Origin: an uncultured bacterium
GTDB lineage: Bacteria; Actinomycetota; Humimicrobiia; Humimicrobiales; Humimicrobiaceae
Length of the DNA stretch: 39,824 nucleotides
Reading direction: 5' to 3'
NCBI GenBank assembly: GCA_965549355.1
Contig: CBEVGD010000003.1
Coordinates: 1-39,824 of the forward strand
A program made the translations under genes and the position numbers. The notes below the pieces were generated by a model. The model had not been told where the DNA came from. It saw nothing but the letters and a program-made list of their open reading frames with translations, and searched no databases. This document shows, piece by piece, positions 10,040-18,774 of the stretch. The stretch's first letter is position 1, and each line of letters begins with the position of its first letter.

Positions 10040-10423
10040 ATGTTAAAGAAATTAACTCCAAACTTAATAGTCGATGATGTCAATGCTACAGTCAAATGGT
10101 ACCAGGATATTCTTGGTTGCTTTGAAGTTGTTGTGACGGACCCTGATAAAGGCAAGCTGAACTGGGTATTGATGTCTTGTGAAGATGTAGAAATCATGTT
10201 TCAGTCCAAAGACAGCATTGCTAAGAGTGTTGAGGGGCTCACAAATAGTGGAAACGGTGGAAATGTAATTATTTATATAGAACTGGAGTATTTGAAAGGA
10301 TTAAGAAAAAGAATCAAGGGTAAAGTGGAAGTAGTAAAGGATATTCATACTACTACTTATGGAATACAGGAATTTGCTATCAGGGATTGCAATGGGTTTA
10401 TTTTAGTTTTTGCGGAGTGGTAA
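10040..10423 (+). CDS. VOC (glyoxalase/bleomycin resistance) family protein
   Basis: LTPNLIVDDVNATVKWYQDILG ... TTYGIQEFAIRDCNGFILVFAE; strong AGGAGG SD upstream. Confidence 0.9.
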   Translation: MLKKLTPNLIVDDVNATVKWYQDILGCFEVVVTDPDKGKLNWVLMSCEDVEIMFQSKDSIAKSVEGLTNSGNGGNVIIYIELEYLKGLRKRIKGKVEVVKDIHTTTYGIQEFAIRDCNGFILVFAEW

Positions 10424-10425
10424 AA

Positions 10426-10645
10426 GTGAACAGAATTAAAAGTAGGAATACAGATAAGAGTAAGTACGAAGCCTGGGTAATAAGCCTAAAAAAAATATGG
10501 TTATAAACTTACAGATCCCAGAAGTACTATATTGGATTACTTAAGTAAAGAATCAGGAGTCAAAAGTGCTGAAAAACTATATAGGAGAGTTGTATCGATC
10601 AGAACATGGCAGAGTCATGCAGAAACTCAGGAGTATAGTTATTGA
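10426..10645 (+). pseudogene. Fur-family regulator remnant (frameshifted, truncated)
   Basis: GTG 10426 reads ...YEAWVISLKK. After one extra A in an A8 run (10488-10495) it continues YGYKLTDPRSTILDYLSKESGVKSAEKLYRRV, resembling the Fur N-terminus (G.K.T.PR..IL..L......SAE.LY). Stops at 10645. Confidence 0.65.
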
Positions 10646-10696
10646 GGGGGTTTTTACACAGGCAAAAGACTTATTCTTCTTTTATCAAATAAAAGC

Positions 10697-11428
10697 TTAG
10701 CTCTGCTCCCGTACGACAAATACCTTGCCGTTACGTTCATACTCCATTACCGGTTCAAATTTCAGGTGTTTATTTTGCTGCTGAAACTCTTTCAATGCCC
10801 GCTGCTGCCCCAGTTCTTCGCCCTCAGTAAACGAGTACCAGTCGTCGAAGACAAGTACGGTCTTATTGGTAATCAAGTCCCCTAACCAATCCAGCGCAGT
10901 GCAGGTGGAAGAGTATAAATCGCAGTCGAACAGCACCACACCCGCACGCCTTGCCGGCAGATCTTTCTTTAGCTGCTCGTCCAGTGTATCTTCGTAAAAG
11001 CCCTCGATTAGCCGGATCTTTTCGAAGTCCACGCCGTATTTGCGCAGATTTTTCTCCACCCGCTGGCGCGTGCAGGTAAATTGGCCCTTAAAGAACCGCC
11101 CACCGGTCTTGTCCACATCCTCTACCTGAGGCAGTCCCTGGAACGAGTCAAATCCATAGAAGCGTGTTTCTGTCAGCCCCAGCCGCCTGGCGGCACGATA
11201 AGCCGAGAAAAATGTGTAGCCTTTGTATATCCCAAACTCGTAGTAGTCGCCAAACGGTTCGCCAGCATGCAGGTCCCCGGCTAACTTGAATGCCCGGTCA
11301 ATCGCATCCGGTGCTCCCGGGCTTAGCGACTTGAACCCGGGGTTCATGGCATGATATATTCGCGAACCAAGCCGGAAGAGCGGCGGACAATGCCGCAAGA
11401 CCGACTCAAGCTTCTTCTTTATAACCAT
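10697..11428 (-). CDS. TylF/MycF/NovP-family sugar O-methyltransferase
   Basis: YYEFGIYKG, YGFDSFQGLP, LIEGFYEDTL, LFDCDLYSST, LVFDDW; clearly more GC-rich than flanks. Confidence 0.88.
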   Translation of the reverse strand: MVIKKKLESVLRHCPPLFRLGSRIYHAMNPGFKSLSPGAPDAIDRAFKLAGDLHAGEPFGDYYEFGIYKGYTFFSAYRAARRLGLTETRFYGFDSFQGLPQVEDVDKTGGRFFKGQFTCTRQRVEKNLRKYGVDFEKIRLIEGFYEDTLDEQLKKDLPARRAGVVLFDCDLYSSTCTALDWLGDLITNKTVLVFDDWYSFTEGEELGQQRALKEFQQQNKHLKFEPVMEYERNGKVFVVREQS

Positions 11429-11620
11429 CGCCTCTCCCTTTTCTCTTTGTTTCGATTTAGATTGCTTCCCAGCCTCCCGGGCAGTTTAACCCTGAGTTGG
11501 CAGCCCATGCTCCATCGCCTTAAATACCAGCATTTGTTTTAGGTTTATCTATCAACCCTATTATTTCCTTCTATGTAATATCTATGAACCGAATACAGTA
11601 ATATGTAACCGTTCACGGGC

Positions 11621-11650
11621 CGCTTCCTGCCTGCCTGCTGCAGGCAAGCG
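11621..11650. repeat. GC-rich hairpin
   Basis: cgcttcctgc-ctgcctgct-gcaggcaagcg imperfect inverted repeat, no U-tail. Confidence 0.5.
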
Positions 11651-11738
11651 CCATAATGGATGTATTTCCGGCAACAGAGTCAGTATAATATAATCTCTTT
11701 AGGAAAATCAAGGGTAATTGTCATGTGAAACCGGATAG

Positions 11739-11794
11739 CAATGATAATAAATTCTCAGAAAACTATTAGAAGCCATTGCTTTAAAATATTGTTT
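11739..11794 (+). repeat. imperfect direct repeat, right copy (~55 bp)
   Basis: caatgataataaattct-cag-aaaactatta-gaagc-cattgctttaaaatatt; matches 9744-9800. Confidence 0.85.
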
Positions 11795-11816
11795 AAAAAA
11801 AATTGTTTGTTATAAT
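11789..11816 (+). promoter_or_regulatory. putative sigma70 promoter for the 11858 operon
   Basis: TTGTTT (11789-94), 16 bp spacer, extended -10 TGT-TATAAT (11808-16); second TATAAT at 11829-34; SD AGGAG 11845-49. Confidence 0.55.
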
Positions 11817-11857
11817 TTAGCCTAACTTTATAATCAGGTGTTTTAGGAGTTAAAAAT

Positions 11858-14368
11858 ATGGCAGATATCATGGATCATCCACTGATCTCTATCTCCATTA
11901 TTAATCTGAATGGTAAAAACTATCTAAAAGATTGTCTTGAAAGTCTCGGGAAGCTGAATTACCCCCCGGATAAAATAGAGATACTATTAGTCGATAATGG
12001 GTCCAGCGATGATTCTGTTAAATTCATAAGGGAAAGATTCCCACGGATTAAAATAATACAAAACAGTAAGAACAATGGCTTTGCAAAAGCCAATAATCAG
12101 GCTGCCGAACTGGCAAAAGGCGAGTATATCGCATTTTTAAATAATGATACCAGGGTTGATAAAAACTGGGCAATAGAGCTGTTAAGGCCCATATATGAAA
12201 ACAGGGAAGTAGCCGCTTCCGGTTCAAAGGTCCTTTCCTTTGACGGGAGCTCCATTGATTTTGTGGGCGGTATGATAAATTTTGAGGGCAAGGGTTTTCA
12301 AATAGACTATGGAAGGCCGTCAGAAGATGATAACCATGATATCAAAAAACTGCTGCCCTTTGTAAATGGCGGAGCTATGATGATAAGAAAGGATGTATTT
12401 CTGGATGCAGGCGGCTTTGATGAGGATTTCTTTGCATATTATGAAGATGTCGATCTTGGATGGCGTCTCTGGGTCCTCGGCTATAAGGTAGTTTTTGCCC
12501 CCGGTTCAATCGTATATCATCACCATCATGGGACATCAAAGATCTTTGGAGAAGACAGGCTGAGATTTTTAAAAGAGAGGAATTCATTATATTCAGTATT
12601 TAAAAACTATGATGACAGCAATCTTGCAAGAGCCTTTTCGGGGACCCTTGCAAATATATTTAATAGAGTATTTGTTGATCTGGACTTTGACTATGGGAAA
12701 TATTATGACCTGTCTGCAGCAGAGGAGGACGACAGCAAAGAAGAGCCCGGGGTATGCATATCAAAGGAACCTCTGAGCTCGCTTGCCGCTGCAAAAAGCT
12801 TTTTTGACAATCTGCCGAAACTGGTGAAAAAAAGGGAGAGAATACAGGCCGCAAGAAAAAGAGATGATAAGGCTATCTTTTCATATTTTAAGGCACAGTT
12901 TATGCCTGTCTCAGCCGACCCTGTCTACCAGAGAAATCATATTGAGATATTAAAGAGCCTTGGCATCCATAAAATATTTGAGAAGGAGATTAAAAGAACG
13001 CTGGTGATCATATCGGGGGAAGTCGTTTCAAGCAGTATGGCCGGCCCTGCTATTAGAGTCTGGAACTTCGCGCGCGTACTCTCTGAATATATGAATGTCA
13101 TACTCGCGGTGCCCAATAAACCGGATATGGCGGAGCAGGACTTTCAGATCATCCAATATAGCGATGAAGGGAAACTAAAAGAAATAATATCATCAGTAGA
13201 TATGATCCTGTGTAATGGGATGACGGTATCCAAATACAGAAGTTTAAAAGATTCGGGGAAATACCTGATAATAGATATTTATGATCCATACAATCTCGCA
13301 ACACTGGCTGAATATCAGGGTGAAAATATGAAGGAGAGATTGGAGATCCACAGCTCTATTCAGAAATATTTCAATGAACAATTTTACTATGGAGACTTTT
13401 TTATATGTGCGTCTGACCGGCAAAGGGACTTCTGGCTCGGCATGCTTGCAGCGCTGAACAGGGTCAATCCTTTCTCGTATAATATTGATCCGAGTATGAG
13501 AAAGATGGTAGATGTGGTGCCTTTCGGGATGCCATCGCATAAACCGATCCATACCGCTGATGTGCTGAAAGGCAGAGTAGAAGGAATCGGAAAGGATGAT
13601 TTCGTTATAATATGGGGAGGCGGGATCTATAACTGGTTTGATCCGTTGACACTAATAAATGCTATGAAGATAGTAAGCTTCAAAAGAAAAGACATAAAGC
13701 TTTACTTCATGGGGATAAAACATCCCAATCCTGAGGTCAAAGAGCTTGATATGGCAGGGAAAACTGTTGAGCTGGCAAAAAGGCTGGAGCTCTATGAGAA
13801 AAACATATTTTTCAATTTTGGCTGGGTAGATTATGACCAGAGGCAGAATTACCTCCTTGAATCGGATGTCGGCATTATTACCCATCCCGGACATATAGAG
13901 ACAAGATTTTCATTCAGGACAAGGATACTTGATTATTTATGGGCGGGCCTTCCTATAATATCGACAGAGGGAGATCATTTAAGTGATAAGGTGAAAACTG
14001 AAAGTCTTGGACTTATTGTAAAAGAAGAATCTCCGGAGGACCTTGCAGAAGCGATCATCAAATTGGCAGAAAAAGGTAGATTCTATGAGGATTGTATTGA
14101 AAACATAGAAAGAATTGGAAAGGATTATACATGGGATAAAGTATGCGAGCCTATTATAGGATTTTGCAAGGACCCTGTTTCCAATGCTCTTAAGCCATCC
14201 GATTCTCCAGATAGCCAAAATACAGAAAATCCCGGTGGTCCGGTAGATAAAATATCAGGGGTATACCTTATTAGAAGGTTCTTCTATCATCTTTTCCGCA
14301 GCGGACCGGGGAAAACCGCAAGATATTTATCAAATCATATGAGCCGCAAACAGGTTAAAAGGATTTAA
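11858..14368 (+). CDS. GT2 + GT4-like fusion glycosyltransferase
   Basis: N-half ISIINLNG, VDNGSSD, NNGFAKANN, FLNND, FFAYYEDVDLGWR (GT2); C-half MAGPAIR, WGGGIYNWFDP, ETRFSFRTRILDYLWAGLP (GT-B). Confidence 0.9.
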   Translation: MADIMDHPLISISIINLNGKNYLKDCLESLGKLNYPPDKIEILLVDNGSSDDSVKFIRERFPRIKIIQNSKNNGFAKANNQAAELAKGEYIAFLNNDTRVDKNWAIELLRPIYENREVAASGSKVLSFDGSSIDFVGGMINFEGKGFQIDYGRPSEDDNHDIKKLLPFVNGGAMMIRKDVFLDAGGFDEDFFAYYEDVDLGWRLWVLGYKVVFAPGSIVYHHHHGTSKIFGEDRLRFLKERNSLYSVFKNYDDSNLARAFSGTLANIFNRVFVDLDFDYGKYYDLSAAEEDDSKEEPGVCISKEPLSSLAAAKSFFDNLPKLVKKRERIQAARKRDDKAIFSYFKAQFMPVSADPVYQRNHIEILKSLGIHKIFEKEIKRTLVIISGEVVSSSMAGPAIRVWNFARVLSEYMNVILAVPNKPDMAEQDFQIIQYSDEGKLKEIISSVDMILCNGMTVSKYRSLKDSGKYLIIDIYDPYNLATLAEYQGENMKERLEIHSSIQKYFNEQFYYGDFFICASDRQRDFWLGMLAALNRVNPFSYNIDPSMRKMVDVVPFGMPSHKPIHTADVLKGRVEGIGKDDFVIIWGGGIYNWFDPLTLINAMKIVSFKRKDIKLYFMGIKHPNPEVKELDMAGKTVELAKRLELYEKNIFFNFGWVDYDQRQNYLLESDVGIITHPGHIETRFSFRTRILDYLWAGLPIISTEGDHLSDKVKTESLGLIVKEESPEDLAEAIIKLAEKGRFYEDCIENIERIGKDYTWDKVCEPIIGFCKDPVSNALKPSDSPDSQNTENPGGPVDKISGVYLIRRFFYHLFRSGPGKTARYLSNHMSRKQVKRI

Positions 14369-14376
14369 ACTTAAAA

Positions 14377-15462
14377 ATGAATACAGAAAAACCGGGGAAA
14401 AAGATAGAGAAGAAGGCAATACTGCTCAGGGTGCTGATCGTAGTGATAGTAGTTACTTTTGGGGCGCTTCTTGTCAGGAAGCTTCTTAATCAGATAAGCA
14501 TATTTGATATAAAAGAGGCTTTTTTTGGCATGTACGGGCCGACTCTTATCGGAGCATTTGCGGTACTGTTGATCGGCAATTTTTTCAGGGCTTACCGCAA
14601 GAACATACTTGTGGGTTCTGACCGCATAGGAATGGGGGATATGTTCCTTGTGTCGATGATAAGGAATGCATTTAATATGGTGCTTCCTGCCAGGACCGGC
14701 GAACTCTCATATATATATGTGCTTACAAACCGGTTTAAATTCCCACTTGAAGTAGGGGTAGCAACACTTATGGTAGCTCTCATATTTGATCTGGCAATAG
14801 TATTCTCATTGATTGTTATAGCGATAATTATCGTAGGGATCAATGCTTATTCTATTTCTTCGGTTTCGGTCATATTGATAGCGGCGGCACTTCTGATATT
14901 TTCGCTGCTTATATTATTTTATATCGCAAATATCATAGACTTTGTACTCATTGCCTACAGAAAAATTCTTAACAGATTCAAAGTGCGGGAAAATAGGCTC
15001 ATATACCGTATCTATAAAAAGCTGCTGGATACCGGTAAAAATCTGAAAATAATAAAAGAAAGAAAGATATACTGGAAGGTGTACCTTTCTTCAATAGCGA
15101 TAAGGGTGCTAAAATTTACCGGTTATTATCTTATAATACATGCAATACTATCTCCTATAGCTATGGGAGGATATAAGTTCAGCGATCTTAATTTTTGGGA
15201 AATACTTCTCGCCACGGCAGCGGCTGAGATATCAGCAGTACTCCCCACTCATGCACTGGCAGGATTTGGAACATATGAGTATGCCTTTGCCGTACCTTTA
15301 ATGGTATTGGGTTTTTCAGAGAATACAGCATTAATTACCGGATTTACCTATCATCTTGTGGTGCTTCTTTATACTGTCGTGCTTGGTATATTATCGATGA
15401 TAATAATCAGCATGCCTTTTTACCGCATTAAGAAAAACAAACCGGAAGAAAACAAACTATAA
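14377..15462 (+). CDS. flippase-like membrane protein (lysylphosphatidylglycerol synthase TM / UPF0104 family)
   Basis: Multi-TM; NMVLPARTGEL, LIFDL, PTHALAGFGTYE motifs. Confidence 0.85.
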   Translation: MNTEKPGKKIEKKAILLRVLIVVIVVTFGALLVRKLLNQISIFDIKEAFFGMYGPTLIGAFAVLLIGNFFRAYRKNILVGSDRIGMGDMFLVSMIRNAFNMVLPARTGELSYIYVLTNRFKFPLEVGVATLMVALIFDLAIVFSLIVIAIIIVGINAYSISSVSVILIAAALLIFSLLILFYIANIIDFVLIAYRKILNRFKVRENRLIYRIYKKLLDTGKNLKIIKERKIYWKVYLSSIAIRVLKFTGYYLIIHAILSPIAMGGYKFSDLNFWEILLATAAAEISAVLPTHALAGFGTYEYAFAVPLMVLGFSENTALITGFTYHLVVLLYTVVLGILSMIIISMPFYRIKKNKPEENKL

Positions 15463-16775
15463 TGGGCAGAGTGAAAATTTTTTTCAATAATATAGGCAAG
15501 GGGCTCTTAACCCCGGGGATCTTTGAAGACAGCAAGCTGTCAAAGAGGTTCTATAAATATTTTCTTACAGGGATGCTTATAAGGCTGATCCTGCTGCCGT
15601 TTTTTTTCCAGAGGGACCTTCTTTCCACCTATCAGAGGGCCGCAGAGACTGTATTTGCCGGAAATATGGCCTCAGGCTTTAAACAGATGCTTATAAGCAT
15701 AATACATTCTTCGTATCTTTTTATTATTAAGAGCATAGTCCCGGCTGTGGGTGATTTCTCAACCATACTCCTGGATCCGGATACATGGACCTCATGGATA
15801 GGATTTGTAAGCAGCTATAATGTATTTACAGTGCTTGCGCTTTTCAAGGGGTTATATCTTATCTTTGACCTGATCTGCATGTTTCTTATCCTGAGGCTCT
15901 CTTTTGATGATGATCCGGAAGGGCGCCTGAATGTGTTTAAATTCTGGATGTTCAATCCTGTAGTGATATTTGTGCTGTATATATTTGCAAGGCACGATAT
16001 TATAGGCGTATGTGCAACTATAGCCGCGCTGATACTGGCGAAAAAGGGCCGGAAATACTGGGCCATCATTGCGCTTGCAGTTGCTATCGCTTTGAGGTTC
16101 TTCCCCGTAATGATATTGCTTCCCCTTATAATATACCTTGCGAGGAGCAAGAAAGATTATATCGCGCTATCTGTTATCGGAGTATCGGGCCTGGCCATTG
16201 TAGAGGTCTTTTCAAATGTCTATTACGGGAAGAGCCTTATCTTCTCACTTTTAAATACCCAGCATTTCAATTATATACTGTCGGCAAAGCTCGACCTCAT
16301 GATCCATGACAGGATATTTTTATTTATTGTGGCCTACTTCCTGATAATATTCAGCTTTATACATGCAAAGAAAAAGAGTTTTGACCTGCTGCTGAATTAT
16401 GGAGCGATAATATATCTGGCATATGTGGCCCTTTGTTATTTTCATCCGCAATATGTACTATGGGCCATACCGTTTCTGGTGATAATCTTTGTCAGGAGAA
16501 GGACGCTTGCATACTATCACTGGCTGCAGTTCGGCCTCTTGATGATAGTGCTCATATACTGGGGCGACCTTGTGACTAAATTCGTTTTTGCCCCTATCGA
16601 TCACAGGTTTTTTATATATATAACCGGACCCATACCATTTATTGAGAGATTCTATAGCTCTGCAACATTTGTAAATATCTTCAGGAGTATATTCTCTGCG
16701 GTCTCATTGTGGATGATATACCTGATATACAGGGACAACCGCAGGATCATTGGAGAAGGGCCGGCAGGAGACTAG
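15462..16775 (+). CDS. GT-C-fold polytopic membrane glycosyltransferase (GT87/PIG-M-like)
   Basis: ~11 hydrophobic segments; LIRL..FF..DL, KGLYLIFDL, WMFNPVVI, ARHDII, HPQYVLWAIPFL motifs. Confidence 0.7.
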   Translation: MGRVKIFFNNIGKGLLTPGIFEDSKLSKRFYKYFLTGMLIRLILLPFFFQRDLLSTYQRAAETVFAGNMASGFKQMLISIIHSSYLFIIKSIVPAVGDFSTILLDPDTWTSWIGFVSSYNVFTVLALFKGLYLIFDLICMFLILRLSFDDDPEGRLNVFKFWMFNPVVIFVLYIFARHDIIGVCATIAALILAKKGRKYWAIIALAVAIALRFFPVMILLPLIIYLARSKKDYIALSVIGVSGLAIVEVFSNVYYGKSLIFSLLNTQHFNYILSAKLDLMIHDRIFLFIVAYFLIIFSFIHAKKKSFDLLLNYGAIIYLAYVALCYFHPQYVLWAIPFLVIIFVRRRTLAYYHWLQFGLLMIVLIYWGDLVTKFVFAPIDHRFFIYITGPIPFIERFYSSATFVNIFRSIFSAVSLWMIYLIYRDNRRIIGEGPAGD

Positions 16776-16777
16776 AC

Positions 16778-17482
16778 ATGGCCAGAAAAAATATATATAT
16801 AATATTAATAATGTTATTACTTCTCGCAGTTATAACGACAGCTGTTTCCGGGTGCCGGAAAGTATTCTTCATGCCCGGAGCAAGCTATGGCTATTATGTA
16901 TGGGAAGAAGAGGGAAAGATCCATATATCCTGGAGCGTTGACAGGAAAGATACTGCTTTTTCCGGTTTCATAGAGACAGACGGCAGGATAGAAAGCTTTG
17001 AAACTGTGGATTGGGAAGAGGCAGATATTGCAGATGCGGGGGAGAATAGGATATCATATTCTTCGACTCTGGACGAAGGGGACTATACTGATGGGATGAT
17101 AATCGAGATAGCAGATCATGAGTATATCGAGCTTGACCTTATGATAAATGGCGGCTATGACCTATCGAGGGTCCATCTCGGAGCATTTCTGGAAAATCCC
17201 ACAAACAGTCCTTTCCGCATCGAAAAGGATCATTTTGATAATGTCAGCGGCATTCCCTGGTACGGGAGACATCCATTCTCAGGTCTTTTTTATAAGCTTT
17301 TTTCTAATAAATATTTTACTTTCCCATATATCTTTATACTTGGAGTCGTGATAATAGAGATCATAAGGATAACTTATGTTTCTACGAAGAAGCGCAAATC
17401 TCTCTATACCGCTATTTCATATATTATATTGATATGTCTGGAAATAATGGTATATTTTATCCTCAGGTTTTTTGTTTTATAA
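16778..17482 (+). CDS. hypothetical lipoprotein with two C-terminal TM helices
   Basis: Start moved to ATG 16778 (AGGAG upstream); MARKN + hydrophobic stretch + AVSG-C lipobox; two hydrophobic helices at the C-terminus. Confidence 0.7.
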   Translation: MARKNIYIILIMLLLLAVITTAVSGCRKVFFMPGASYGYYVWEEEGKIHISWSVDRKDTAFSGFIETDGRIESFETVDWEEADIADAGENRISYSSTLDEGDYTDGMIIEIADHEYIELDLMINGGYDLSRVHLGAFLENPTNSPFRIEKDHFDNVSGIPWYGRHPFSGLFYKLFSNKYFTFPYIFILGVVIIEIIRITYVSTKKRKSLYTAISYIILICLEIMVYFILRFFVL

Positions 17483-17508
17483 ACTATATTAATACCGGGA
17501 GCATTATA

Positions 17509-18372
17509 TTGAAGGTACTTCTGATTGGAGTCGACGGCCAGCTGGGCACTGATATAAGTAAACATTTCACAAAGATGGGTGCAGAGGTGCAGGGCCTTGT
17601 CGGGCTAAAGGAGATCGATATATGCGATTATAATAAGAGTTATGAACTCATAAGGCATTACGGGCCGGACATTGTCATAAACACGGCAGCATTCCATAAT
17701 GTCGACCTCTGCGAGGATGAGATAGTGCAGGCTTTCAAAGTAAATGTAGCCGGTGTGAAAAATATTGCTGCCATATGCAGGGGAATGGATGTGCCCCTGA
17801 TGCATTTTTCGACAGATTATGTATTTGACGGAAGAAAAAAGACCCCCTATCTTGAAGAAGACTGCCCCGGTCCCTTAAGCATCTATGCGATATCGCGGCT
17901 GGGAGGAGAAAGGGTAGTGCAGTATATGCTTGAAAAGTATTATCTTATAAGGCTGTCCGGCCTATACGGCCGTGCCGGTTGTGCCGGAAAAGACAATATT
18001 AATTTTGTCGAGACAATACTCGGGCTGGCAGATACAAAGAAACAGATAAAAGTGGTAGATGACCAGATACTTACCCCGACCGGTACAGTAGATGTGGCAG
18101 AGAAACTCTTTGAGCTTATCGGGACCGGCAGGTATGGACTCTATCATATGACAAATACAGGGAGCTGCTCCTGGTTTGAATTTGCATGTGAGATATTCAA
18201 GCTTGCCGGTATTGATATAGATGTAATCCCGGTATCAAGCGGGCAGTTCGGAGCAAAAGCGGCAAGGCCCGGTTATTCTGTTCTGGATAATGCAAACTTA
18301 AGGGAAGCCGGCCTATCGGATATGAGGGATTGGAAAGAAGCGCTCAGGGAATATATCAGGGATAGAAAGTAA
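17509..18372 (+). CDS. rfbD: dTDP-4-dehydrorhamnose reductase
   Basis: TTG start 17509: KVLLIGVDGQLG, INTAAFHNVD, HFSTDYVFDG, VVDDQILTPT, CSWFEFA, RPGYSVLD. Confidence 0.92.
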   Translation: MKVLLIGVDGQLGTDISKHFTKMGAEVQGLVGLKEIDICDYNKSYELIRHYGPDIVINTAAFHNVDLCEDEIVQAFKVNVAGVKNIAAICRGMDVPLMHFSTDYVFDGRKKTPYLEEDCPGPLSIYAISRLGGERVVQYMLEKYYLIRLSGLYGRAGCAGKDNINFVETILGLADTKKQIKVVDDQILTPTGTVDVAEKLFELIGTGRYGLYHMTNTGSCSWFEFACEIFKLAGIDIDVIPVSSGQFGAKAARPGYSVLDNANLREAGLSDMRDWKEALREYIRDRK

Positions 18373-18389
18373 ATATTTCCGGTATTAAA

Positions 18390-18743
18390 TTAATCATCAG
18401 AAATTTCTTTAATTGCATCTGATTCCTTTAATGCTATGCTTCTTGCAAGTTTCGTGATCCTTGAATCAAGTTCTTCCAGTTTGATAAATATCCGGAAAAT
18501 AAGGTAAAGGATAAGCAAGATGCTGGAAACCATAAAGAAATCAAGACCTCTGCCGAATCCAAAGAAGCTGGCGATGATATGGCTTATATCCGGAAAAATG
18601 GAAAGAAATATCAATATGGTCCAAATCGAGGCCCAGAATATAAATTCATTTATAGTGAGCTTCTTTTTCCTGAGTCTTAGTATGACTTTAGTCAGTGCAA
18701 AAATAGCAAATATTATAGCTATGATCTGAATTGGTTTTATCAT
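18390..18743 (-). CDS. DUF2304 family small membrane protein (GacJ/Rv3632-like)
   Basis: 3 TM, FIFW..IW, IFPD..IASFFGFGRG, C-terminal coiled ITKLARSIAL; directly downstream of DPM1-like GT2. Confidence 0.9.
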   Translation of the reverse strand: MIKPIQIIAIIFAIFALTKVILRLRKKKLTINEFIFWASIWTILIFLSIFPDISHIIASFFGFGRGLDFFMVSSILLILYLIFRIFIKLEELDSRITKLARSIALKESDAIKEISDD

Positions 18744-18774
18744 CAGAACCTCCTGATAAATTTAATTATTAAGT

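Noticed and set aside
11421-11530. Possible C-terminal remnant of a gene upstream of TylF (…LRRWSMGCQLRVKLPGRL…WL*, minus strand)
   Set aside because: Too short to assign a family and no clear start; noted only as part of the GC-rich segment.
11741-11757. Fur-box reading of tgataat-aa-attctca within the direct repeat
   Set aside because: Spacing is 7-2-7 rather than 7-1-7, there is only about 11/19 match to the classical box, and the left copy is weaker.
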